A DNA stretch of 64,000 nucleotides from Acidobacteriota bacterium (GTDB lineage: Bacteria; Acidobacteriota; UBA6911; RPQK01; JADFOI01). Positions 11,008 to 19,354 of the stretch are shown piece by piece (the first letter of the stretch is position 1; every line of letters begins with the position of its first letter). Where the stretch lies: NCBI GenBank assembly GCA_963663035.1, contig OY760074.1, forward strand, positions 1,376,001 to 1,440,000, given 5' to 3'. The notes below the pieces were generated by a model. It worked only from the letters and a program-made list of their open reading frames with translations. It made no database searches and was not told where the DNA came from. The position numbers and the translations under genes are program-made.

Positions 11008-11653
11008 GTGTCGGAATTCTATCAACAAACGCGATTCACCGGGGTCTTTTGCGCATCGGTGGTAATGCTGGCGTCATATCCCTATTTCCACGACACCGCA
11101 ACGGGAGCCGCTCTTGGGGGGATAACGGCATTGTTGCTCTTGGGCACCGGCATTTACGCCGTTGGAGCCTGCCGAAAAATCAGGATCGTCGCTGCAGCAC
11201 TAGCATTGATTGCGCTTTCTAATAGCATCTACTCTTTGTTGGTTCAGACCCGCGGCAGCATTTGGACAGAAGCTAGCTTCACTGCCTATTATGGATTCAT
11301 CACCATTGCTATATTCCTCGAAGTCTCGGTTACGTGGCTTCCAGCGAGATTCCATTCTGGGGATCGTGAGCGTCTATCTCCTGATCGGTATAACCTTTGG
11401 ATCACTCTATGATCTTGTCGAGACGATTGAGCCCGGTTCTTTCCGACTTAACTTCGATGGCACCGACGACGCTGTGGGATTCCGACGTTTGTTGTTTTTT
11501 AGCTTCATGACCCTGACATCCATCGGATATGGCGACATCACCCCGGCTACTGATCAAGCCCAATCGCTGGCCATTCTCGAAGGAGTGGCTGGGGTTCTCT
11601 ATGTGGCGGTGCTAGTCGCACGTGTCGTGAATGTTTACCGGAATCTTGACTGA
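11008..11653 (+). pseudogene. Two-TM-pore potassium channel family protein, frameshifted near 11325
   Basis: ORF 11008-11412 supplies the N-terminal TMs; the other frame supplies FSFMTLTSIGYGDITP; span is 3n+1. Confidence 0.75.
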
Positions 11654-11672
11654 GTTGGTGAGGGGTCAGTCG

Positions 11673-12050
11673 CTAGGATGAGGCTAGTAACTCGACTAGC
11701 TCAACTTCTATGCCGTCGGAATCAAAGAAGTAAAGACGACGTCCGGGTTTGTAGTCGTGCTCTGCGTGGGTTGACACTCCTAGCTCGGCAAGCCGGGATT
11801 TCATCTCGTCGAGGCTCTCCACCACGAAGCCAAAGTGGTTGAGTCCTACCTCTGTCATATCGATCCTCACCTGCCCCGGACTGGCTGCCTCGAAGAGGGC
11901 AAGATACTGACGGTCATCACCAACATGAGCGGCGAGACGCCCATCGTCGTCGGTTCCCTTCCAGCGGACCTTGAAGCCGAAGAGGCGGGAATAGAAGTCT
12001 ATGGACCTATCAAGGTCCGAAACCGTGAAGTTGACATGCTCTAGGAACAT
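11673..12050 (-). CDS. VOC (glyoxalase/bleomycin resistance) family protein
   Basis: LEHVNFTVSDLDRSIDFY, NHFGF, YFFDSDGIEVEL. Confidence 0.9.
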   Translation of the reverse strand: MFLEHVNFTVSDLDRSIDFYSRLFGFKVRWKGTDDDGRLAAHVGDDRQYLALFEAASPGQVRIDMTEVGLNHFGFVVESLDEMKSRLAELGVSTHAEHDYKPGRRLYFFDSDGIEVELVELLASS

Positions 12051-12135
12051 ATTGCCCTCCTTATACTAATACTGGGGGAAGGTGAAGGCAATGGAAAGGC
12101 CCCTTGAGGGAGATTAGGCCGCGAGGCCCGAAGGG

Positions 12136-12513
12136 CTACAGCGGCACAAGAATAAAGCGCCCGTACGCGACAAAGGCGGCAAGAGCGCTAAGAACTAGAG
12201 GCGGGACCACCATCAGCATTTCAGATCGGCGGAGATGCGTCGCTGCAGCACCGAGCATGACCGCCACGAGCCCTAGTCCGGCGAGCGGAGTCAGAATCGG
12301 TGCGATACCGGTTAGCCCCGGCAACACCAATCCCAGAGCAGCAGCCGACTCGCTTGCACCGATGAACTTCACCAAGCCGCTCGAAAAGTCGTTTGCCCAA
12401 CCCATCTTCGGATCGGCCTTGAGAACATCGTGGCTCTTGAACAACTTCATCGAGCCAGCGCCGATGAATGCGACGGCAAGCAAGCCCTGCACGATCCAAA
12501 GTGCCGTTCCCAT
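12136..12513 (-). CDS. DoxX family membrane protein
   Basis: WIVQGLLA.AF..AG.MK, IG..E..AALGLVLP, MLGA..TH. Confidence 0.88.
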   Translation of the reverse strand: MGTALWIVQGLLAVAFIGAGSMKLFKSHDVLKADPKMGWANDFSSGLVKFIGASESAAALGLVLPGLTGIAPILTPLAGLGLVAVMLGAAATHLRRSEMLMVVPPLVLSALAAFVAYGRFILVPL

Positions 12514-12581
12514 ACTTGAGCTCCTAGACGATGCTCATGAGCAGAGAGACCTCCAAGCTACTCCGGAAGGTCGGTAGCGTC

Positions 12582-13097
12582 TTAGCCCCCGCTCGTGGGA
12601 ACCGGGCTATTGAAGTTGAATGTGTCCGAGACAACCTTCCATTGGCCGTCCTCCTGTTTCCTCCACACGGTGGTGTACTTGCCGTTTCTGGTGACAGAGT
12701 TACCTTCGGCATCATCAACTTTAAGCTCGAAGCTTCCAATGGAGTAGCCCAAATCCCCGGCCTGGGACACATCGGCGAAATTTGCACTCCAGCTCAGTGA
12801 GAAACCCGGCAGGGAGAACAACCCAGAAACCCACTTTTGAATATCCTCTCTGCTCAGTACTTCGGGTGCTTCCGGAGGAAGGAAGTGGGCGTCGTCGCTA
12901 AAAAACGAGACAAATGCCTCTACCTCTGGAGGTGTTTCAGACCAGGTTCGATCGGCGTCTAGAATAGCAGCGCGCTCCGCTTCAAGATCGATCGGCTCAC
13001 CACTCTCAGGAGCACATCCAACCAACAAAGTAGTCACAGTGAGTACAATTAGATGAAAAGTTCTTATCATTCGGTCCCCCTCCCCTGCTGGAAACAA
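12582..13097 (-). CDS. DUF4440/SnoaL-like lipoprotein
   Basis: Lipobox LVGC, GDLGY..G, GKYTTVWRKQEDGQWKV; start may be at MIRTF. Confidence 0.85.
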   Translation of the reverse strand: MFPAGEGDRMIRTFHLIVLTVTTLLVGCAPESGEPIDLEAERAAILDADRTWSETPPEVEAFVSFFSDDAHFLPPEAPEVLSREDIQKWVSGLFSLPGFSLSWSANFADVSQAGDLGYSIGSFELKVDDAEGNSVTRNGKYTTVWRKQEDGQWKVVSDTFNFNSPVPTSGG

Positions 13098-13282
13098 ACT
13101 CAGAAAAATTTTAGGTTTGTTACAGAATTATCATGTTCTGATTCTAATTAGTCCACTGGGATCAGAAAGTCAAGACGTGGAGGAAGCAGGTGTGGATGAA
13201 GACACCCGAAGGGCCGCCAACGTCACGGCCACGATAACGCCGACTCCGGGGATGGTTTACAGCCAACCGGCGGACACGGGGC

Positions 13283-13522
13283 TTACTCCCTGCTAGACTC
13301 AACCTCACGGATCCAGTCGCACGTGAGCCCTGCCTTTTCATGGTGCTTCTCGACAGCCTCCTTGTTGGGGGCATCGAGGACACACCAGATTTTGTTTGCT
13401 TCCTCACTGAAAATGATATCGTGGTGCGTTACCCCGAATTCATCCGGGGGTGCGTTCTGGGCTTCGCGAAGCTGCTGCGCAGTGAATGGTTTCATTTGAT
13501 GTTCGTCCATGAATTTTGGCAT
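13283..13522 (-). CDS. DUF4242 (SCO4226-like nickel-binding) protein
   Basis: MPKFMDEH...WCVLDAPNKEAVEKHH..AG..CDWIREV. Confidence 0.8.
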   Translation of the reverse strand: MPKFMDEHQMKPFTAQQLREAQNAPPDEFGVTHHDIIFSEEANKIWCVLDAPNKEAVEKHHEKAGLTCDWIREVESSRE

Positions 13523-13887
13523 TCAGTTTCAACTCCTTCCATACAAGGCTTTGTCATTTCTTATGCGGCCTTCATCTCCAGGCCTTTTTTCCGGAACGAG
13601 ATACTACCATCGAATAATGACGCCTGCAAGCGGGGCTTGGCCCGCCTGTGGGTGAGGAAGCCTACACGCGTATTGCCCCGTCTTTCCTGCTCAATCATCT
13701 ACGTCCTTCTTGTTAGCTGGGTTTCCCTGTTGTTTGGGCGATTCTGTGGTAGAAATGTGGTAGAAAAGCCAGATCAAGGCCGCAGCATTAGTTCGTGGAA
13801 AACTCCTTGGTGAGGTATTTTCTTCTCCTTCTAAAGGTATTACTTTCTTAACTTCCTTCACCGAATCACAGGAAAAATAAAAAAATC

Positions 13888-13919
13888 TTGACCCCGTAGT
13901 ATGGTACAGGGTGCATCAT
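13888..13919 (+). promoter_or_regulatory. MerR-type promoter/operator (-35 TTGACC, long ~20-bp spacer containing a dyad, -10-like CATCAT)
   Basis: TTGACCCCGTAgtatggTACAGGGTGCATCAT; dyad ACCCCGTA/TACAGGGT directly upstream of merR. Confidence 0.75.
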
Positions 13920-13937
13920 AAGGTACTGGAGGTGAAA

Positions 13938-14348
13938 ATGGCGTTGACCATTGGAGAAATAGCCAAACGTGCCGGGATCGGCCTCGAAACCGTCCGGTTC
14001 TATGAGCGCAAAGGACTCATTGAGGAACCACCGCGAACAGATTCGGGTTATCGCCAGTACCCAGAAGATGTGGTAGCTCGGCTCCGCTTCATCAGCCGCG
14101 CAAAGGATCTTGGATTCTCGCTGAAGGAAATTGCAGAGCTATTCTCTCTCCGGGTTGATCCGGACACAACCTGTGCCGATATTAAGAGACGAGCCGAAGC
14201 CAAGATTACAACGATCGAAGAGAAGATTCGTGACATGCAAGGGATTCAGGGTGCACTTTCCAAGTTGGCTGCTTCATGCAGCGGAAGCGGCCCGGCGGGT
14301 GATTGCCCCATCTTAGAAGCACTGGACAGCCAGGAGAAAGACTGGTGA
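13938..14348 (+). CDS. merR: Heavy-metal-responsive MerR family regulator
   Basis: TIGEIAK..G....TVRFYER.GL, SGYRQY; three Cys (TCAD, SCSG, DCPIL); GGAGG RBS. Confidence 0.88.
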   Translation: MALTIGEIAKRAGIGLETVRFYERKGLIEEPPRTDSGYRQYPEDVVARLRFISRAKDLGFSLKEIAELFSLRVDPDTTCADIKRRAEAKITTIEEKIRDMQGIQGALSKLAASCSGSGPAGDCPILEALDSQEKDW

Positions 14349-14366
14349 GAAAGGAGTAATTTAGAC

Positions 14367-14636
14367 ATGACGACAAAACGACGAATCGAAGTTTTCGGTG
14401 CGGGATGTCCCGCTTGTGAGGAAACCATCAGGCTCGTAAAAAGTGTTGCCTGTCCATCCTGTGAAGTCACAGTCCTGGACATGAATGATCCAAGCGTGGC
14501 AAGCCGAGCCAAGAGCTTGGGTATTCACTCGGTTCCATCCGTCGTTATCGACGGACAACTCGCTGATTGCTGCGCGGGTCGCAGTCCAGATGAAGCAACG
14601 CTGCGATCCGCAGGGCTGGGCCAGCCGATTACCTAA
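14367..14636 (+). CDS. Small thioredoxin-fold Cys-rich protein
   Basis: GCPAC, CPSC, SVPSVVIDG, CC. Confidence 0.85.
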   Translation: MTTKRRIEVFGAGCPACEETIRLVKSVACPSCEVTVLDMNDPSVASRAKSLGIHSVPSVVIDGQLADCCAGRSPDEATLRSAGLGQPIT

Positions 14637-14664
14637 CTCAACACATAGTTAAAGGAGGAAATCC

Positions 14665-15009
14665 ATGGAGACAATCAATATGAAGGTTTTGCTTGGCGTT
14701 GGCACCGTTGTGGCTGCGGTTGGGGCCTCGCTGTGTTGCATCGTACCAGTTGCCGTGGTTTTAGTAGGAGTGGGGTCAGCTGCTCTAGGGGCACAGTTGG
14801 AGCCGGTCCGTCCTTTCTTCCTTGGATTGACACTGCTCCTCGTAGGAATCGCCTTTTATCAAGTTTACAGGCCTGACAAGGACTGCGACCCAGGACAAAG
14901 CTGTGCAACACCCGAAGGCCAGCGGCGACAACGCATCATTGTATGGATAGCGGCAATCCTGGCGGCAGTAGTAGCGGCGTTTCCCTATTACATGGGTTGG
15001 ATCATCTGA
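14665..15009 (+). CDS. merT: MerT-family mercuric/metal transport membrane protein
   Basis: ASLCCIVP in TM1, EPVRPFF, C....C loop, FPY tail. Confidence 0.88.
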   Translation: METINMKVLLGVGTVVAAVGASLCCIVPVAVVLVGVGSAALGAQLEPVRPFFLGLTLLLVGIAFYQVYRPDKDCDPGQSCATPEGQRRQRIIVWIAAILAAVVAAFPYYMGWII

Positions 15010-15034
15010 CCAATGAAGTGAATGGATATTGTTA

Positions 15035-15382
15035 ATGGTTAAAGCAATTTTGACGGCTTTTGTATTGGGCGGTCTCGCCCTTGGTATTTGGGCCGGTTCG
15101 GACCTGTGGACTGCAACCTCGGAAATGACGATTGAGGCGATGGGGGAGCAGGAAAAGGCGGTATTTTACGTGACCGGAATGACGTGAAGTGGATGTGACG
15201 CCGCCGTGAAACTAGCGGTAAGAAAATTGGACGGGATTCACCAAGTCGAGGCTTCCTACAAAGAGGGCACAGCCGTCGTAGTTTATGAACCATCTACAGT
15301 ATGTCTGGAGGAAATCAAGGCCGCGATTGACAAAGTTGGCTTCAAGGCCGAACTGCAAAGTGAGGAAGAGCTAACTCAATGA
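15035..15382 (+). CDS. MerP/HMA-domain periplasmic metal-binding protein with in-frame UGA at the first Cys of GMTCxxC (probable selenoprotein)
   Basis: Translation MVKAILTAFVLGGLALG...VTGMT*SGCDAAVKLAVRKLDGIHQVEASYKEGTAVVVYEPSTVCLEEIKAAIDKVGF; TGA at 15185-15187; stop overlaps the next ATG (ATGA). Confidence 0.8.
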
Positions 15383-15852
15383 GTGAATCGTGCTGCTCTA
15401 CCTTGCATAGACCACCCGATACACGATCCTGTCCGGTCAGTGACTTTCGTAGTAAACCCGTAGAGTGGTCGACCGTTGCTGCGTTGGCTGCGGGACCTGT
15501 CCCGCAACGGCAATGTTTCTGGTTGTGCGAGGACTCAGATTGCGATGTCGTGTACTTCGGCGAGGACGGAACACTCCTGGGAACCAGTGATGTGCGTGTG
15601 ATCCCCAGTTTCAAGGGAAGTCCAAGCCAAAGCGATCTGGTCTGTTACTGTTTTCTCTACAGCCGCCAAGACATAGCAGACGAGTTGCAAGCAAGTGGAG
15701 ATACAACGATCTTTGACCGTGTGACCGCTGAAGTTAAAGCCGGAAATTGTGCCTGCGAGGCGCGAAATCCTTCAGGCAAATGCTGTCTAGGGGCTGTGAA
15801 AAAGGCTATTCAGGAAACTCGTGAGAAATTGCAGATGAGACAAGAAACATGA
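15379..15852 (+). CDS. CopZ-N-like Zn/[2Fe-2S] metallochaperone (BFD-like)
   Basis: CPV, C...C.VVYF, VCYCF, C.CE.RNPSGKCCLG. Confidence 0.85.
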   Translation: MSESCCSTLHRPPDTRSCPVSDFRSKPVEWSTVAALAAGPVPQRQCFWLCEDSDCDVVYFGEDGTLLGTSDVRVIPSFKGSPSQSDLVCYCFLYSRQDIADELQASGDTTIFDRVTAEVKAGNCACEARNPSGKCCLGAVKKAIQETREKLQMRQET

Positions 15853-16239
15853 AGACTAAACTGCCCTTGGACCTAGTCTTTTTGCTTATCCCTTTGGGGC
15901 CTGTATATAGGGTGGCAGCAGCATGGCGTGCAGCTACCATTCTTTCTCGGTATTTCGCAGCCTTCATTCGGTCAGCTTAGTCGTTAGGCTGGGATCGTTG
16001 GGTGAGGAACCCAACAATATGACTCTCCATTCTTGACGTTTTACCAACTTTTCAGGTCGGTTTTCCCAGATTCAGCGTCAATCGTCGAAAGTAAGCTCAT
16101 TATGGTGGGTTTTCTCCTATGTCTGCTTACATCTCATGCGGACAAACGTGACACTAGGCTGATCAGTATATTCATCGTTTGACTGCTACATGTACCATGG
16201 GTGTAGTCACCCTTATCATCCTCGAAAGGAGGTAGCGAC

Positions 16240-17118
16240 ATGATCTGCGTCACCGGAGCAGGTGGGACTGTCAGCAGCGAACTCATCAAACAGCTTGAAT
16301 CAGCAAGTGCGCCGTTCCGCGCGGCCCACTTCTCGAACGAAAAGGCGGAAGCCGCATGTGCACGAGGGATCGATGCCGTCATCATTGACTACAACAGTCC
16401 GGAAATGCTTCAAGCGGCATTTCAGGGATGTGACAAACTGTTCCTTCTCGGGCCAAACGCGCTGAACCAGTCGGAGCTTGAGCAGAACGCCATCGAAGCG
16501 GCGAAGGCGGTCGGTGTGCAGCACATCGTGAAACAGTCCGTCTTCGGAGCCGACGGAGAGGCCTTCAGCCTCGCCCTGGTTCATCGGCCCGTCGAGAAAG
16601 CGATTGAATCAAGCGGCCTGACATGGACGTTTCTCCGCCCGAACAGCTTTATGCAGAACGTCGTAACGTACATGGGCGAGACGATCCGGGCTGAAGCAGC
16701 GTTCTACAGCGCCAGCGGCGAAGCGAAGATCAGCCATGTGGATGTGCGTGACATCGCCGCGGTGGCGGTGAAAGCGCTGACCGAGCCTACCCACGCGGGA
16801 AAGGCCTACGCATTGACCGGGCCCGAGGCGCTGACCTACGACGAGTTTGCGGACGAGTTGTCGAAAGTGCTTGGGCGCCCGATCAGTCACATCAGCCTTC
16901 CCCCTTCGGACTTGAAGCAGGGTATGCTTGCGGTGGGCATGCCCGAGAAGATCGCCGATCAGATGCTTGACCTGGAGCGGTACTATCGTGAGGACCAGGC
17001 GAGTCGCACCACCAATGACATCAAGCAGGTGACAGGGCGAGAGCCGAGACGATTTGCAGACTACGTTCAGGAGACCGCCGCCACGGGAGTCTGGGATGCG
17101 GAAGAGGTCACGAGATGA
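16240..17118 (+). CDS. NmrA/SDR family oxidoreductase
   Basis: ICVTGAGGTVS, WTFLRPNSFMQN, VDVRDIAAVA, LTGPEALT. Confidence 0.9.
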   Translation: MICVTGAGGTVSSELIKQLESASAPFRAAHFSNEKAEAACARGIDAVIIDYNSPEMLQAAFQGCDKLFLLGPNALNQSELEQNAIEAAKAVGVQHIVKQSVFGADGEAFSLALVHRPVEKAIESSGLTWTFLRPNSFMQNVVTYMGETIRAEAAFYSASGEAKISHVDVRDIAAVAVKALTEPTHAGKAYALTGPEALTYDEFADELSKVLGRPISHISLPPSDLKQGMLAVGMPEKIADQMLDLERYYREDQASRTTNDIKQVTGREPRRFADYVQETAATGVWDAEEVTR

Positions 17119-17191
17119 GCGACGGAAACGACGCTACCCTATAAGTCGCGGCAGCCAACTCCAGTGGTGCGCCCCGCACTCAAGAGAGGTG

Positions 17192-17692
17192 ATGATCATG
17201 GGAATCTTTCAGATTGCACTGATGTTGGCTACACTTCTGTGTTCCCTGGTGGCAGGCTTTTGTTTTGCTTGGGCCTTAGTGGTAATGCCGGGCATAAGAA
17301 GTTTAAATGACCGGGAGTTTATCCGAGCTTTTCAGGTGATGGATCGCGTTATCCAGAATTATCAGCCGATTTTTATGTTGGTCTGGGTCGGTTCAGTTGT
17401 GGTTTTGGTGACTTCGGCTGCGCTTGGCATTGGGCAATTGGATGGAGCTGGGCGTCTGCTCATAATCTTCGCCGCACTCGCGTATCTTCTCGGCGTCCAA
17501 TTGCCGACCTTCACTATTAACGTACCGCTGAACAACAAACTACAAACTCTGGATGTCGACGCTATGAATGAAACAACGCGAAAAGCAGCTCGTAAAGACT
17601 TCGAACCGCGTTGGAACCTATGGAACTCAGTCAGGACGGCCTTTGCGAGCCTAGCATCTGCCCTGTTAATAATTCTACTATTCAGACTTTGA
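17192..17692 (+). CDS. DUF1772 (anthrone oxygenase-like) membrane protein
   Basis: LVAG..F....VMPG, NVPLNNKL, RWNLWNSVRT. Confidence 0.85.
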   Translation: MIMGIFQIALMLATLLCSLVAGFCFAWALVVMPGIRSLNDREFIRAFQVMDRVIQNYQPIFMLVWVGSVVVLVTSAALGIGQLDGAGRLLIIFAALAYLLGVQLPTFTINVPLNNKLQTLDVDAMNETTRKAARKDFEPRWNLWNSVRTAFASLASALLIILLFRL

Positions 17693-17714
17693 AGAGCGCG
17701 GTGGTGGATAGCAG

Positions 17715-17763
17715 TGGTGGCTCCCCAGGTAGGAGTCGAACCTACAACCCTCCGGTTAACAGA
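17715..17763 (-). repeat. 3' half of tRNA-Asn(GTT), att-site scar, copy 1
   Basis: Reverse complement CTGTTAACCGGAGGGTTGTAGGTTCGACTCCTACCTGGGGAGCCACCA; no 5' half. Confidence 0.85.
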
Positions 17764-18100
17764 TCGCCCAGGAAGAACATCACTAAGTGACTTAATTTCA
17801 TGTATTTATAGCTTATGTTCTTTGTAGTCAAAGCCTTACGGCCTTGTTCAATCTGTCAATTATTTCAATTATTTCAATTGTTCCTAACCAATAGTGACCG
17901 CTGAGGTGACACACCTAGTGACACACTCCCGCCGCCACTCAAAATGGCAAACTTGAAGTTGGATTCTCTCCTATTTGCTGCTTGCATCTTATACAGACAA
18001 CCGGCATAGTACGCTAATCAGCACACACATTCTTAGGCGGCGGAGTGGGTAGCTCCAGGAACTCCAGCGAGTCACAACATGCGAGTGACGAGGAAAAGAG

Positions 18101-18748
18101 ATGGCAGTCGCTGACGAGCTACAAGATTTTGTCAAAGACGGGCTGGCACGCGGCCTTTCGCGTGCAGAAATCGAGAAGGCCCTCTTACAGGCCGGCTGAC
18201 CCCAAGAGCACGTAATTGGTGCGCTCGCGGGTTTTGCTGAGATCGAGTTTCCCATTCCTCTCCCAAGACCAAAACCTTATCTCTCCGCGCGCGAGGCCTT
18301 TATGTACCTGGTGCTCTTTAGCACCCTGTACATCAGCGCGTTCAGCCTCGGAAGACTCTTGTTTCAGTTCATCAACCAAGGCTTTCCGGATCCGGCAGCA
18401 TCGCCATTCGTCGTGGAGTCCGTCCGTCGGGCCATTCGGTGGTCAATATCCTCCCTCATTGTGGCGTTTCCAGTATTTCTGTATGTATCCAGATTGACCG
18501 GTAGGGAAACCCGGCTGGACCGGAGAAAGCGCGCTTCGAAGGTCCGCCGATGGTTAACGTATCTAACCCTCTTTGTTGCTGCCAGCGTGCTCATCGGCGA
18601 CGTCACGAGTCTCGTTTACAACCTTCTCAGTGGTGAACTAACCGCCCGCTTCATCTTAAAAGTGATCACGATCGCGCTAATAGCAGGGACGATCTTCGGA
18701 TACTACCTCTGGGATCTTCGGCTGGAAGAAAAAGAGGCCAAACCGTGA
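18101..18748 (+). pseudogene. DUF5671-like membrane protein with in-frame TGA at 18197 (probable TGG->TGA)
   Basis: MAVADELQDFVKDGLARG...LLQAG*PQE...PRPKPYLSAREAFMYLVLF...RRWLTYLTLF continues in frame past the stop. Confidence 0.7.
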
Positions 18749-19170
18749 AGGTGCCAACCGGAACGCACGTCCTCATTGGCCTTGCCATCGGAGTGGTCCT
18801 CGTCGCTGTAGTAGGTGGCCTCATCGTTCTCGGTCCGCCTAGCGAGGAGCGCGCCCGACGGCTGGACAATAGACGAGTGGAAGACCTGCGTGGGATCACA
18901 GGCGTGGTGGATCTTTACTGGACGCGGCACGGGCGCCTACCCTCTTCTTTGGACGACCTCGCGCAGGAATCAGGGGTGAATATCAGCTCTCGTGATCCCG
19001 GCACTGCGCAGGTCTATGATCTCCGCGTTTTGGGCGCGGAGACGTATGAGCTGTGCGCTGATTTTCAACGTAACTCGGCCGACCCAGCCCAGGGCGTGAG
19101 TAAGGGCTTCTGGTCTCACGGCGTTGGCAAGCAGTGCTTTCAGCTGGAAGCTCAAGAGGTTCCCCGGTAG
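18745..19170 (+). CDS. Hypothetical membrane-anchored protein, partner of the DUF5671-like gene
   Basis: GTGA overlap; TM followed by GPP...R.RRLD.RR..DL, DP.T...Y, YELCA.F, W.HG.G.QCF. Confidence 0.75.
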   Translation: MKVPTGTHVLIGLAIGVVLVAVVGGLIVLGPPSEERARRLDNRRVEDLRGITGVVDLYWTRHGRLPSSLDDLAQESGVNISSRDPGTAQVYDLRVLGAETYELCADFQRNSADPAQGVSKGFWSHGVGKQCFQLEAQEVPR

Positions 19171-19266
19171 CGATGCGAAGGCAGACTGTGGATTGCGCAC
19201 CCGCCGTCTAACGCAGGGGAATAAAGGGGAGAAGTTTTCACGAAAGCTGTAAAGGATTGATTTAAT

Positions 19267-19312
19267 TGGCTCCCCAGGTAGGACTCGAACCTACAACCCT
19301 CCGGTTAACAGA
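19267..19312 (-). repeat. 3' half of tRNA-Asn(GTT), att-site scar, copy 2
   Basis: 45/46 identical direct repeat of 17718-17763. Confidence 0.85.
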
Positions 19313-19354
19313 ATAATGTATTTCTTGTATCTTGTTGGTTCTTCGTGCTTCTAG

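Noticed and set aside
15997-16016. REP-like hairpin GTTGGG-tgaggaa-CCCAAC
   Set aside because: Single copy with no associated transposase.
17715-17763. Intact tRNA-Asn gene
   Set aside because: Only the anticodon loop to CCA is present; the D-arm and 5' acceptor strand are missing in both copies.
18197-18199. In-frame TGA in the DUF5671-like gene as possible Sec or alternative genetic code
   Set aside because: The context (LLQAG*P) fits Trp rather than Cys, and TGA is a normal stop throughout the window; most likely a TGG->TGA mutation.
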